Source of the DNA: Eledone cirrhosa
Taxonomy: Eukaryota
Length of the DNA stretch: 64,000 nucleotides
NCBI GenBank assembly: GCA_964016885.1
Contig: OZ024740.1
Coordinates: 280,116,001-280,180,000 of the forward strand
Direction: 5' to 3'
Shown here: positions 1-13,910 of the stretch, in pieces
Numbering within the stretch: position 1 is the stretch's first letter
How the letters are laid out: each line of letters begins with the position of its first letter
The notes under the pieces: generated by a model
Seen by the model: only the letters and a program-made list of their open reading frames with translations
Database searches by the model: none
What the model was told of the DNA's origin: nothing
Translations under genes and position numbers: made by a program

Positions 1-59
1 ATCACACTGTTTTGGCTGACAAATATTCTTTAATAAACATCAAGTAATTGATGTGTGAG

Positions 60-250
60 ATGTGTCATGATTTATGGGAGCAAGACATGGGTGATGAATG
101 TGGAGCAGCAGAGATGGTTGGACACAATGGAAATGAGAATGGTTTGGTGGATGACTGGAGTATCGCTGAGAGAGAGGAAGACAAACAATGAATTGTAGAG
201 GATGATGAGAATAGAACCAGTGATGTCATGTGTTGAGGAAGAATAAAAGA
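60..250 (+). mobile_element. Degenerate RTE-clade LINE fragment (3' part of ORF2)
   Basis: Translates to VMIYGSKTWVMNVEQQRWLDTMEMRMVWWMTGVSLRERKTNNEL*, matching the RTE 'MLYGSETW...EMRMLRWM.G' post-RT block; contains stops. Confidence 0.7.
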
Positions 251-251
251 G

Positions 252-1418
252 TAGCATAGATGGATGCTTTGTAGTGAGACAACTACAAGAGAAATTCCTA
301 GCTAAGTGCAAGCTGCTTTGTCTAGCTTTTATAGATCTGGAAATGACATTTGAAAGTGTACCATGATTGGTTATCTGGTGGTCTCAAAGTAAACTGGGTG
401 TAAATGAGAGGCTTGTGACAGCAGTGAAAACCATGCATAGAGGTGCTATCAGTAAAATAAGAGTTGGCAATGAGCTTAGTGATTAATTCAATGTGCAGGC
501 AAGTGTTCATCAAGGCTCTATCCTTAGCCCTCTCCTATTTATTATAGTTCTCCAAGCCATAACAGGAGTTTAAGACTGGTTGCCCTTGGGAATCTCTGTA
601 TGCTGATATAACCTGGTTCATATAGCTGAATCTGTGGAAGAACTAGAGAATTATTGTGGAAAAAGAAATTAGAATTGAAAGGGCTCAGAATAAACCTAGA
701 TCTAAGTTTTATTAAGTAAGAAAGAAAACAAAATTGATCCCACCAGGGAAGTGGCCTTGCATTATATGTAAAAAAAGAGTAGGTAGAAACTTCATACAAT
801 GTACACAAGAGGTGTAGTGGTATTGTAGGCAGATTAACAGAAAAATAAACTCCTTCGAGCCACAGGAAGGTCTCATAGAAATAGGTAATGGTTTTGTTAC
901 CAAGGTGTTCTAATAATGCATAGTAGCTAAAATAGAACATGGATGTAAAAAGTTCTGGGAACTACTACCTCCACTAAAAAAACAAAGGGTTTCTGTGAAT
1001 GAAGGGTAGATTGTATGATGTCTGTATGTGAAATGCAATGCTGCATATTAGTGAGCATGATCTGTTGGATGTATAATGTTAATGTGCATGAATGATGAAG
1101 CATGAAAGAGCTGTGAGAGAAACTGAGTATAAGAGGAATCAGATGCAGTGTGCAGGAGGGAAGACTGCTGCTATAGACAAGTAATGCATATGGATGGTGA
1201 TCGCTAGGTGAAGAAGTGCCAAGTGGAAGGAAGCTGCAATAAATGAAGAGCAAGGAAGACTTGGTCAGAAGTGGTAAGAGCTGATCTCAAATCACTGAAC
1301 CTCACATGGAAGATAATGAAGGAATGCAAATAGTAGAGGGAGGCTATGATTGAAAAGATCTGTCAAACCCAGCAAACATGGAAAAGTGGGTGTAAAAAAA
1401 TGCTGCTGCTGATGATGA
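252..1418 (+). mobile_element. Old RTE-clade LINE relic (RT domain to 3' tail), many frameshifts
   Basis: VVRQLQEKFLAK..LAFIDLEMTFESVP, VHQGSILSPLLFIIVLQAI and CPLESLYAD motifs; colinear with the younger RTE at 52268-53750; ends in a gatgatga tail. Confidence 0.85.
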
Positions 1419-1485
1419 ATAACATAGGCACATTATATGTTTTTAAGGTATTCTACAGTGAACAAGAAACAGTAGCAATAGTTAC

Positions 1486-1510
1486 CTCATGAGAGCAGTC
1501 AGGTCTTCCC
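1486..1510 (-). CDS. Candidate 25-nt micro-exon of a minus-strand host gene
   Basis: Minus strand reads ttgttttgttttttcag|GGGAAGACCTGACTGCTCTCATGAG|gtaac: long polypyrimidine tract plus CAG acceptor and AG|GTAAC donor, in non-repeat context; open in two frames (GRPDCSHE or EDLTALMR). Confidence 0.5.
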
Positions 1511-1844
1511 CTGAAAAAACAAAACAAAAACAATGAATAATAATTATGTTTAAAGAAATTGAAAGAAACTACAAACAGTTAAGAAAAAATTATGTCAGGT
1601 CAAAGCAAAAGATAAGGTTTCAGTAAAATGTAATCTGAGTTGAATTTCTGATTATATTTATCAGTTCACTTACTTTGCTAATAACTTTGGGAAAAGCATG
1701 AACACCACAGCTCCCAATCTGCAACCTTCTTAAGTCAATAAGATTGATAGATATTTCTGATTATGAAAGGCCAAACATGTAGACCATGTTGAAAAAAAAA
1801 ACTTGGTATTTCATCACATACTGTGAATTGACACCACAATTCCA

Positions 1845-2020
1845 TACAACCATTTTAGTATTCTTTTAACTTCAAAATATCATCCATCCTCTGCCAACGT
1901 CTCAAGTCTACACAATTATTTGAGCATCTCGCTGTTGACTTCAAAGTACCATCTCCCACCTGCCAAACTTCTGAAGTCTACACAACCATTTCAACATCCC
2001 ACTGTTGATTTCAAAGTTCC
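1845..2020. repeat. Imperfect ~70-bp tandem repeat (2-3 copies)
   Basis: Recurring 'aagtctacacaa...catc..ctgttga.ttcaaagt' unit. Confidence 0.5.
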
Positions 2021-2839
2021 TTTACTATCTACGTCTTACAACTATTAGCAAATAGGTCCATAACTAGTTGCCTTATGAAAGGTTATTTAATTTTCAGTCC
2101 TCCTTATTAACAGAACAATTTTTATCTGGATGGTTCTCTGAATCTAGAGAAGTTTTGCTTAGATGGTTTAATTCTAACAATAAATATGAGCCAATGACTA
2201 TCCATATTAAATTAGTTGATGCTACACATCACTATACTCATAACAAATACCCAAATGGTTCAATTGACACTGTCTCGATGCGATAGCCTTATCTGGAAGA
2301 TCAAGTTCCACAGGAAATCAATGAAACTCTGGTTGGTTCCACTGAAGAAAGTTTCATTGGTAATTGCTGTGATGTTTACTTGTTTAAGAATCTAGTCCAA
2401 GCACAAAATTTACTGATGAATGTTTAATAATCATTTGGCTCAACAGGTATAGGAGAGGGACAGCCAAAGGATAATCTATTTATTGAAGGAGCAATCAGAG
2501 CTCAACCATTCACATTTTTGTCACTCAAGAAGGATCTAGAAAAACTCAATCATTAAAGCATCAGTGAATACTAAAAAATCAGTATTGATACTTCCAATCT
2601 AAGTGCCTTATACTATACTTTGGTTGAAGGCTGAAAACAAACCATATGCAATAAGTAGACTCATACACTAGTGATTTGTATACTGACGTCCAACGTTTGT
2701 CAAATGAAAGGATTTGATTCTTGACAATTATTTCTCATCACAACAGATGGGATATTTATAATTATACTTGATTATGCCAGTCATATATTCTTATCAACCT
2801 TCAACAAGAATGTGATTGAGATCCTTTTCAAGTAGCAGA

Positions 2840-3910
2840 AGTAGTTGTGGGGATGGCTTCTGACCCAGCCACCTTATTTCACTCCACCCCACTAAAGGAG
2901 TACAATCTGCTTTGGTCAATAACTGTTCTAATAAACAGTTTCCTCCAAGCTGACCTCCCCAGTTATGCCCATGATCTTTTTTTCTCAGCCAACCTGACTA
3001 AGTTGAAAGAGAATGACAGAAGTATTAAGCACATTGCAGTGAGAAATGTCTTTCAGTGGCTCATGGTCAAGGCAGCCAGGAAGTTCTGTTTTGGGAGACC
3101 TCAATGAGGAACTGCACCCTGTTTAACTTGGAGTAGGGAGTTAAATGTGGATGTCAGGTAGCTACTTATGTAACCAAACATTTCATTGAGCATGATCCCC
3201 CAATGCCACCTTGCTTCTTGGTAGAATTGGACATTCAATTTATCCAAATCCTATGTAATGTAAGATATGGTGAAACTCAGTATGATGATGCAGAATTTGA
3301 TCTATTGTTACTGAGGTATATCTTACTCTGAGGTATAATAACTGCAACCTCAACTCACCAATCCTGTTAAAAGCCATACGAGAGTGCTTGGAAGCCAAAC
3401 AAGCTGGCAAAGATGACAGATTGCAATTCATTGATGTGCATCCCGTGCTTTTCCTCACGAGGAACTGATTTGCAATCCCCAAACCTTCCCTTTGCACAGT
3501 GTTATTGTCATCCTCACGTAGGATCTCTCACGAACTTGACCTGCTGGCATGGTGGATGGTATGAATCTAGATGGGATAACATTTTTCCTGTTCAAAGGAG
3601 GTCAATCTCTAAACTGGGATGATGCATGCTGTGACACGTTCTCCAGTCACAAACCCAGGCACTGATGCCTGTAACGCAAAGAAGTGGAACATATTGTAAC
3701 ACCAGAAATGGACTGTTTCCTTTTCATGCTGTTTGTCATCTAGACCTCTGGCATCCTTAGTCTCCAGACTGCCATTTTCCTCTGCAAAATTTTGAGAAGC
3801 ACATCTCGCCTGAGGAAGGAGCTTAGTGAGGTGCAAGGGCTGATGTAGTGGGTGCCACTGGCTGTTCTCGACCTCAATGCTTTCACCATCCTGTCTGTGG
3901 GGTGCAGCTG
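2840..3910 (+). mobile_element. Degenerate CRE-clade (RLE-type) non-LTR retrotransposon relic
   Basis: LINSFLQADLPSYAHDLFFSANLTKLKENDRSIKHIAVRNVFQWL resembles CRE 'FGANLTALKKKDGGIRPIAVG.TLRRL'; downstream LGVG..CGCQVA, DTFSSH and terminal PLAVLDLNAFTIL resemble 'QRLSLAVQRGNA'. Confidence 0.7.
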
Positions 3911-4439
3911 AGATCTACCATCTAGTCAGGGATATAGAATTTGCCCCTCTCTTCTTTATTCCCCCTTCCCACCTTTTTTCTCTTTTTACACACTATTCAA
4001 TGATCACACTTCTTAGACATCAAGAGTGGCCAATAAACTCCAATTTAGTCTAAAATCTTCTGTACATTTAAAAATTCCTTCAGTTCTATAAGATACAGTA
4101 TCATCAAAGAATTTTAGCATAGAAATAACTGCTTTAAACTTACTCAATATAGAGGCTATTTATTCTTTTAGATATTGGAATACTTTCATCAAATTCATCC
4201 TCAAGGTTCCGAGGACGTTTCCGACAGCAACTAAAATTAGAGAAAGAAAAATCATTAACATTGAAACAAGAATATACAGAAAATACTGAAAGCAATCCAT
4301 GAAAGATAACACAAATAGTAAATAGATAAAATTTGAATAATAGCCTAATTTCAAATGTCTTATTATTAAGTCCAATTTTTAAAACCCTTTTGATATCAAA
4401 CCATCAGAAACTGCCCCTGGTTCTACAATACAAAACTCA

Positions 4440-4790
4440 TCATTCATCATCATTGTTGTTGTTTTAATGTCTGCTTTCCCTGCTAGAAAGGGTTGAATGG
4501 GTCTACAGAGATCAAGTCAGTACTAAAGCAGAGACACTGATTTCTCAGACAGGCCAGAGATCTGTTTCACTTATGTACATCAATGTTCCAATTAGTGCAC
4601 AGGAGAGATTATCATGTCTTTGATACAACTGAGGGTCCTCTCAACCTTTGTTTGCCAAGAATTCTACGGCTGGATGCCTTTCCTATCACCAACAACTGTA
4701 CAGCATGTACTAGGTGTGTTTATTATGTAGATCACCAACACTAGGGAGGTTAAAATGTCCTTGACATGACTGAGGGGTCATCCCACTCCT
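4440..4790 (-). mobile_element. Degenerate RTE-type 3' UTR/tail fragment
   Basis: catcatcat tail, 'tctgctttccctgctag...ggtt' and 'ctacggctggatgcctttcctatcaccaac' motifs shared with the RTE 3' ends in this window. Confidence 0.6.
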
Positions 4791-5342
4791 TTAAACTGTT
4801 TATTTAAAAGAGTTTATATTTTTGTAAAAACTTTTTAACAATTTTATGTAAGAATCTTTAAGTTATGCTCCAAACACCAGCTTGATAATGAAAAATGTTA
4901 TATATTACAAAATCCCTCCAAATTCATGATTACTTTAAAAACAATTTGAAAATTATAGGGAGTGTCTTTCATTATAGATATGGTAAAGAAGGGCTTTGTC
5001 AAAAGAGTCTATAAATACATCCAGATTAGTCTTGAGTCTCAGTAAAATTCTGTTTGAGAACAAGACAAGAATCATGAAGCCAATCCTCTAATCCAGATTT
5101 TTTTTTCTATCACTAACCAACAGACAGTCAAACATATTTCTACATTTAACAATATTGCTATCTAAATTAGGTCATACAAAAGTACTACAAAACAACAGGA
5201 ATATTTAAGCAAAGTTTAGCTAGCTAATTCAACAAGAACTACACTAATTTAGTCTATACAACCTGTGCTGGCTATAGATATACACCAATAACTTGAATTA
5301 ATATGCCCAAAACAAGTTCAATGCTTTAAATTAATCACATCT

Positions 5343-5515
5343 GATGAGGGTCAGCTGAAAAGTTCTTAGGCTGGCTATGAAGGAGTGATGCTAGAGCTGT
5401 GAAATCTTTCATGCATTAATTTCAACATAGTTTCTTTCCAGGAAAAATAAACCTCATTTGGTCATTCCATGACAGCATCTTGGCCAGCCTATGAACTTTT
5501 CTGCCGACACTTGTA
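5343..5515. mobile_element. Mariner-derived MITE (~170 bp)
   Basis: Imperfect ~30-bp TIRs: atgagggtcagctgaaaagttcttaggctggc vs gccagcctatgaacttttctgccgacacttgta. Confidence 0.7.
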
Positions 5516-5589
5516 TATGGGACCCTACCATACTGCTATCCTTTTTTCCCTAACAAAACGTCTAATTCAACTCTTTTGGCAATATATTT

Positions 5590-5830
5590 AACGTAGGGTC
5601 TGAGACAAAGCAAGGATGACAAAAAGAGAGGCGGGTGCAGAGGGTTGGCTGGAGCAGATGTGTTGTGCTATTTCAAAGGAGCAGAGGTTGCTGTAATAAT
5701 GTTAGAAGAGGCAGAGAGAACTAGTACATTTATGAGACAGTGGTTGTATGTTGACAAGTGAATCCTTATACAAACAGTCACATGAACTTTATATTTGTGA
5801 GTGTTGTGGTAGCATCATGCTAAATATGTG
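5590..5830 (-). mobile_element. Old CR1/Jockey-group LINE C-terminal relic
   Basis: Minus strand gives QPLSHKCTSSLCLF*HYYSNLCSFEIA, resembling 'QPLSHRRNVASLSLFYRYY..CS.ELA'. Confidence 0.5.
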
Positions 5831-5843
5831 ATCTGATATTTAT

Positions 5844-5990
5844 AGGTGGCGAATTGGCTGAGTTGTTAGAACGTTGGATAGCATGCTTTGTAGTATTCAT
5901 CTCTGCTCTCTGAGTTGAAATCCTGCCGAAGTCAACTTTGCCTTTCATCCAATGGTTGATTAAATAAAAGTACCAGTCTAGTACTGGGCC
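5844..5990 (+). mobile_element. tRNA-derived SINE (octopus-type)
   Basis: A/B-box-like head (ggtggcgaattggctgagttgttaga ... gagttgaaatcc) followed by gtcaactttgcctttcatcc...aaataaaagtaccagt, shared with copies at 55.3, 58.9, 61.8 and 62.0 kb. Confidence 0.75.
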
Positions 5991-6359
5991 ATTCTCTCAC
6001 ACTCTGACCTTCTCTAGAAGAAATCTACTGTATTCAGGCCTGGAGAGGAGATGGGCTCCACCAGGTTTAAAAAATGCCTATGTCAATATGGTGCCCCTAT
6101 GACTCCTCAGGAGTTACAGGTCCATACCGTACTCTAATATTTGTTCTACTTAAGCCTTGCAGAGAGTGTCAGAAACTGATTAGAGATGGAATATTTTCTA
6201 GCTCTAAAAATGACAGTCTTTTGAGATACAAATTTAATGCATGGCGAGTGACATATTTAGAAAACAAGTTTTGTTTACTTGTTTCAAATTGGTCAAGAGT
6301 ATTTCATGTAGAATTGGTGCTTCCCCACTCAGCTGACATGAAATAATGGGGGATTTGAA

Positions 6360-6815
6360 GAGCAATGATTGTTGTACAGTATATGAGGTATGCAGTGATC
6401 AAACAATTGAAAGAGAGTAGTTGTGATAATAGCTGGGTAAAGATCTGGTCTGAAAGTGCCCTCGCAACAAAAAACAAAATTTAAAGTGTTTGGAGGGTTG
6501 TTGTATTAGCATGGGATGAGTAAATGACATCTTGCTGGTAGAGAGAATTCAAATTAGTAACCAATATGGCCTGTGTTGGTTTGGCGTGAATTTGAGACAA
6601 GATGAGTTGTGTGCATTGAAATCATTGGGTTAACAACTTCTGAGAGGTGAGCCGGGATAAACATCCTTAAAGCAAAGCAAGACTTAGTAATAGTAATAAA
6701 AAAAAAATTAAGAAGACACTGCTGATGGTTGGAGGAGTTTGAAGATTAGTAGAGAGAGCAGATGAATGTGAAAAAGAGGCTTTGAGCCAGAATAATTTTG
6801 TTTTAAATGTCAAGT
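6360..6815 (-). mobile_element. Old LINE APE-endonuclease relic
   Basis: Minus strand NDFNAHNSS resembles 'GDFNAH'; heavily decayed. Confidence 0.4.
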
Positions 6816-6989
6816 GAGAAGGGAAAGCAGATTCTATATAAGTTCACACTTAACCTTTCAGAACATTGGAATTTAGAATATAGCCTAGACAGCAGAGAAA
6901 TTAGAAATAGGAGACAAAGGATTTATGTCTGCTATTTACTTCTATTCAATGCATGTAGTTTACCTGTTGTGTGATAGCAAACAAAGATA

Positions 6990-7645
6990 CCTAATTTACT
7001 CATGAAATGTATGGGCAATTATGACTGTAAAGTACATGGGGGATAAAGATGGTGCAACTATACATCCCTGCTTGACAACATTGTACTATACATAAGGCTT
7101 GATTCAGACTGAACACCAATAAAATTGATGGAGACCAGTCATGGGCAACCTGCTGCCCGTGAAGCTTTCTGAATAGCTCGCCTAAGTCAATCCAACTTTT
7201 CAGTCATAATTTATCTTTCTATCATTTTTACGATCAAGGAAAACGAATTCTGAAGAAACAAATCAAAACAATCTGAGTTACCACTCATTTTTTTAAAATG
7301 TGGGCATGAATGTAAATTAGTGCTTGCGGCCAGCCTGATGATGAGATATCTCATGTGGCCCGTTTCTCGAAAAAGGTTGCCCATGCCTGATGTAGACCTT
7401 TATACCAGTGTGAAGTTGCACAAACAATGATAAACCAGGCAGACACTCCAAATTTCTAAGATGTTCCACAGTGCATTTTTCTCTTCACTGCATCAAAACC
7501 ATTTATGAAGTCAATGGAAACATGATAAAGGGAGTTCTTGCTCTTTCTGATACCTCTACTAAACCTAAATCCACATTGACAATCTGGAGCAATGATGGAA
7601 CATGTTTGCAGAAAATTCAGTAAAAGCCTGGTGAATATCTTATAT
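6990..7645 (-). mobile_element. RTE/BovB-like RT relic interrupted by a hAT MITE
   Basis: IAPDCQCGFRFSRG..LYHVSIDFINGFDAV (cf. PESQCGFR..FVDLTKAFDTV) and VVKQGCIVAPSL (cf. GVKQGCVLAPTLF). Confidence 0.7.
7136..7389. mobile_element. hAT (Charlie-like) MITE, 254 bp
   Basis: 16-bp TIRs cagtcatgggcaacct / aggttgcccatgcctg; 8-bp TSD atggagac (7128-7135) / atgtagac (7390-7397). Confidence 0.9.
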
Positions 7646-8104
7646 ATATAGAAGAGGGCCCCACCAGCCAGTAAGTCTTGCCTCCCCATTTTGTCCACCT
7701 AAAATCTGAAGAAGTAGAGGTGGAACATTTAGGCCCTCATTTGCCAATTTGCCCCGTCATTCTTCTCACTCATACCCTTTTCTTTCTCCCCATGTCAGCA
7801 AGGAAAGTCAAGGCACTCCACTGATTCCCTTTTCCCACTCAGCCCAATCTCCTTCGCCCTCTCTTCAAACACACACTCCTGATTCACTTTTCCTGCCCAA
7901 CCTAGATCAACATGGAAAGCCAGGCATATCTCACTATATATATATCAGACATCACCCACATGCCTCAGGGTTACTCCCATGACCTGGTCCTTCCTTCTCC
8001 CATGGTAGGATGCCTTTCCCAGTTGCAAGCAGCATATAACCTGCACCCCACACCTATCAACACCTCCCTAGTTTGGCATACAGATCACAATATTGTAATG
8101 AGCT

Positions 8105-8318
8105 AGTGCTGGTGTCATGATAAAAATAAACAGAAAGCACCCAGTCAATGCTGTAAGGTGATTGATGTTAGGAGGGCACCTAGGCATAGAAAACCAGGTC
8201 CAAAACAGATTGTATGAACAGGATGTGGTCACTTGACCTGTCTAGCTTCATAACGTAACAGCTCATTTAACCCACACAAGCATGGAAAATAAATGTTAAA
8301 TGGTGATGAGGATGATAT
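8105..8318 (+). mobile_element. Degenerate RTE-type 3' UTR/tail
   Basis: aaagcacccag..ctgtaaggtg..gttaggagggca..agaaaacc..agcatggaaaa..gatgat, homologous to RTE 3' ends at 35.5 and 53.6 kb. Confidence 0.6.
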
Positions 8319-8712
8319 GCATACACATACATATGATCATTCCACTTCCATTTTTCCATGTTGGTATATGTATGCTCCCATAGCTCTTGAGGGAGTTGCA
8401 TTGAAACAGTGTTTTTAGGGCATTTTTTAAACCCTGGCAGAGCCCCTCTCATCTCCAGGTCTGAATATAACAGATTTCTTCCAGAGAAGCATAGAGATTG
8501 AGAGAATGGAAGTGAGAAAGAGATATAGACAAAGAATCGACCCCAGTACTAGAATAGTACTTTATAGGTTGTTCCAAAGTCAGTTCTTCATCAGAGCTAG
8601 TACCAGCAGACATATGTCTGGATGGTAATACATGACCAGGGACATATCCCAATGATTGCATAAGCAATTATGCTGAAATAATCCCATCTTAACTACTCTT
8701 ATTTGATATTTA

Positions 8713-9793
8713 CTTGGCATGGCAATAAAGTCTTTAGAATAGTAGGCTGTGTGCCGTATATAGTAAATGTAGTTAATATTAGTTGGAATTCAAACTTTGT
8801 TGTATGCATGTGATATTCTGTATGAATGCTGTATTTTGTCACAGGCCTATGCATAATTATTTTGCTGTCATTGAAGGAGAGTGGAATTAACAATGTTCCA
8901 ACAAATTCAACAATTTATCATTGGGTAAAACAATTCAAAGATGGCAATAGAACACCACTTATTGATGCTCCTTGTTCTGGCCGTCCTTGCACAACCACTA
9001 TTCATACCAACGTTTAACTCAAAGTATTATTAATGCAGAACCAAAACAATCATTGCATTGCATATGTTACTGGAATATTCAAAGAAACAGTTCGTCAAAT
9101 TTTAACATATCCTTGGTTTATGAAAACTTTGTTCAGTTTGGGTACCACATGCCTTATTGCCAGCCATCAAACGTGAACGAGTACTGTGTGAATCATCATT
9201 TGTTGATCTTTTTGCTAACAACAGTATCGAAGATTCGATGTGCAAACTGGCAGTGGAGGATAAAACTTTGGTTCTTTTTGACAGTAATCAAACAAAACAT
9301 GAGAATAAGTCTTGGATTTTGCCATCAGCACTATGTCCAGGTGTCGTTTGACCCATTCTAACCAACAGAAAAAATGGTAAGATTGCCATCTGGTGAAACT
9401 ATTACTGCAGAAAAGTACGTTGAATTTGTTAGGAACATTGATAACAAGTGGTGCACACCCGCACACTGCAGAGGAGAAGAGTGGCAATGATCAAACAATC
9501 ACCCTATAGTCCTGACAAATTTGTGTGATCGTTGGGCGTTCAAGTTGTTAAAGCAACATCTTTGAAAATTAGTTTTTGCTTCATTAGAAGAGGTGGTGGA
9601 TGAATCGTTGCGCCGGTTTCAACAATTGCTGAAGAAATGGTTCCAGAAAGAGTTAAATGCTTTGTATAAGCACTGTAAAGATGTTATTGCATCCAATGGA
9701 GATTATATTTTGCAGATTAAATAAATTTTAGTTTCAATATGTTGTGCATTTTCATTTAGAGGGTTATTCTAACGACTTTATTGCCATGCCAAG
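8713..9793 (+). mobile_element. Mariner-family DNA transposon with decayed transposase
   Basis: TIRs cttggcatggcaataaagtctttagaata / tattctaacgactttattgccatgccaag; remnants TIYHWVKQFKDG..DAPCSGRP, WVPH and PYSPD. Confidence 0.9.
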
Positions 9794-9864
9794 TGTGTGT
9801 GTGTGTGTATATATATACACACACACACACATGTATATACACACACACACATATGTATATATAT

Positions 9865-10282
9865 TTCGCCTGATATAGGGGTTGCCTCCCTTGCCGATCC
9901 CCACCTGGAGTCAGCAATAGTCAGCCCTTGTATTAACATTGAACTAAAACCTGTTGAGAAAGTGGCTTCCTTGTTCAATCATCTTACCAGAAGCCTGACA
10001 TTATATATGTAGGTGGACGGTACTTGATTTAGGAGCCGCAGAAACCCAAATACTGGATTTTACCAACCTTCCAGGGGTCCGGGTAAATTTTCAATACCCA
10101 AATTACTTTATCGTTTTTTTGGCTATGCGAATGATTGTTTAACCATCGTCTCAGTGTGTTTGGCCTTTAACGTTTGTTATAGCTCTGGTTCATCTGAATC
10201 ATTGAGCACTTGCCGCACATCTCGGAGGTTGTTTTTCATTATTTCGTGGGCCGAAATGCGATTCTCGATAATTTATGTTTAA
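9865..10282 (+). mobile_element. Non-coding hammerhead-bearing element, subfamily A (putative PLE pLTR/retrozyme), flanked by CA/TA microsatellite
   Basis: Diverged homologue of the 616-bp unit at 11345-12572 (shared gttgagaaagt, cagaaaccca, gggtccgggta and a ~55-nt 3' block). Confidence 0.7.
9949..10084 (+). ncRNA. Type-I hammerhead ribozyme, U3-A8 core variant with long stem II (predicted cleavage after C10079)
   Basis: Stem I ACCUG/CGGGU; core UUGAGAA; A.A; stem II GUGGCU(U)CCU/AGGAGCCGC extended by AAUCA/UGAUU, UACC/GGUA, CCU(G)ACAU/AUGUAGG; GAAA; stem III CCC..CUGGA/UCCAG GGG; GUC triplet. Confidence 0.75.
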
Positions 10283-11345
<1,063 letters not shown>

Positions 11346-11577
11346 TTAGCTCTGGACATAGCTATCCACCAGTTAATTTTATTGCTCATTTTTTGTCGAT
11401 TCTATTGAGTGATGAATAGCTTTTGTTTTATTTTAACATGTCTATTGAGCACTCTTATTCGATATGTGTATTTCCACATTCCCTCGAATTGTTTTCGCGG
11501 ATATAGAGGTTATCTCCCTTGTCTAATGCCATGTGCGTTTTTCACTGGTAGTTAGCCCCTCTCCCGCCAGGAAAAAA

Positions 11578-11712
11578 GCTCGTTGAGAAAGTAAACTCCG
11601 TTCCGCTTACTCTAGTAGGCTTTTATATTTATATGTGAGCTGATAGAGTACAGTCTAAGGATTTACAGAAACCCATGAAGCTAGATTTAACACCTGTCTA
11701 GTGGGTCCGGGT
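11578..11712 (+). ncRNA. Type-I hammerhead ribozyme, U3-A8 variant (predicted cleavage after C11707)
   Basis: Stem I GCUCG/CGGGU; UUGAGAA; A.A; stem II GUAAA(C)UCC/GGAUUUAC extended by UACUCUA/UAGAGUA and GCUU..AUAU/AUAU..GAGC; GAAA; stem III CCCA(UGAAG)CUAGA/UCUAG UGGG; GUC. Confidence 0.75.
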
Positions 11713-12193
11713 ATGATTTTACATTCATTTAAATTATTGACGTATTGTTTTATTGATATTTTTTATCTGTTTGTCCCGAATCTTCTATTATCGATTTTTT
11801 ATCGTACGGTTGATTGTAGACTTGTTCTATATGTGACGGTATTTTAACGATAGTTATAGCTCTGATTCATCTGAATTATTGAGCCCTCTGCCGCTCATTT
11901 TGAATTTTGTTTATCGTGAACTCGTGCGCCGATTTTTCGATACTCGATCTTTCTAATATATTTAGCTCTGGACATAGCTATCCACCAGTTAATTTTATTG
12001 CTCATTTTTTGTCGATTCTATTGAGTGATGAATAGCTTTTGTTTTATTTTAACATGTCTATTGAGCACTCTTATTCGATATGTGTATTTCCACATTCCCT
12101 CGAATTGTTTTCGCGGATATAGAGGTTATCTCCCCTGTCTAATGCCATGTGCGTTTTTCACTGGTAGTTAGCCCCTCTCCCGCCAGGAAAAAA

Positions 12194-12328
12194 GCTCGTT
12201 GAGAAAGTAAACTCCGTTCCGCTTACTCTAGTAGGCTTTTATATTTATATGTGAGCTGATAGAGTACAGTCTAAGGATTTACAGAAACCCATGAAGCTAG
12301 ATTTAACACCTGTCTAGTGGGTCCGGGT
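12194..12328 (+). ncRNA. Type-I hammerhead ribozyme, U3-A8 variant, second tandem copy (predicted cleavage after C12323)
   Basis: Same sequence as 11578-11712. Confidence 0.75.
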
Positions 12329-12572
12329 ATGATTTTACATTCATTTAAATTATTGACGTATTGTTTTATTGATATTTTTTATCTGTTTGTCCCGAATCTT
12401 CTATTATCGATTTTTTATCGTATGGTTGATTGTAGACTTGTTCTATATGTGACGGTATTTTAACGATAGTTATAGCTCTGATTCATCTGAATTATTGAGC
12501 CCTCTGCCGCTCATTTCGAATTTTGTTTATCGTGAACTCGTGCGCCGATTTTTCGATACTCGATCTTTCTAA

Positions 12573-13910
<1,338 letters not shown>

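Noticed and set aside
1668-1760. Additional minus-strand GTAAGT donor-like sites (1668, also 4139)
   Set aside because: No convincing paired acceptor or coding frame; not supportable without RNA data
5341-5372. CTGATGA..GAAA hammerhead-like motif
   Set aside because: No credible stems I/II; it is the TIR of a mariner MITE
5844-5935. tRNA-like A/B boxes
   Set aside because: No cloverleaf; head of a multi-copy SINE
11640-11672. CTGATAGA...GAAAC read as a conventional small hammerhead core
   Set aside because: Core has an extra base, the preceding GTGAG cannot pair with CGGGT, and it is not conserved in subfamily A; it is part of the long stem II of the UUGAGAA fold
11842-11898. Twister-ribozyme-like appearance on the minus strand (UAA, GCAGAGG)
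   Set aside because: Pseudoknot partners not found and pairing not preserved in subfamily A
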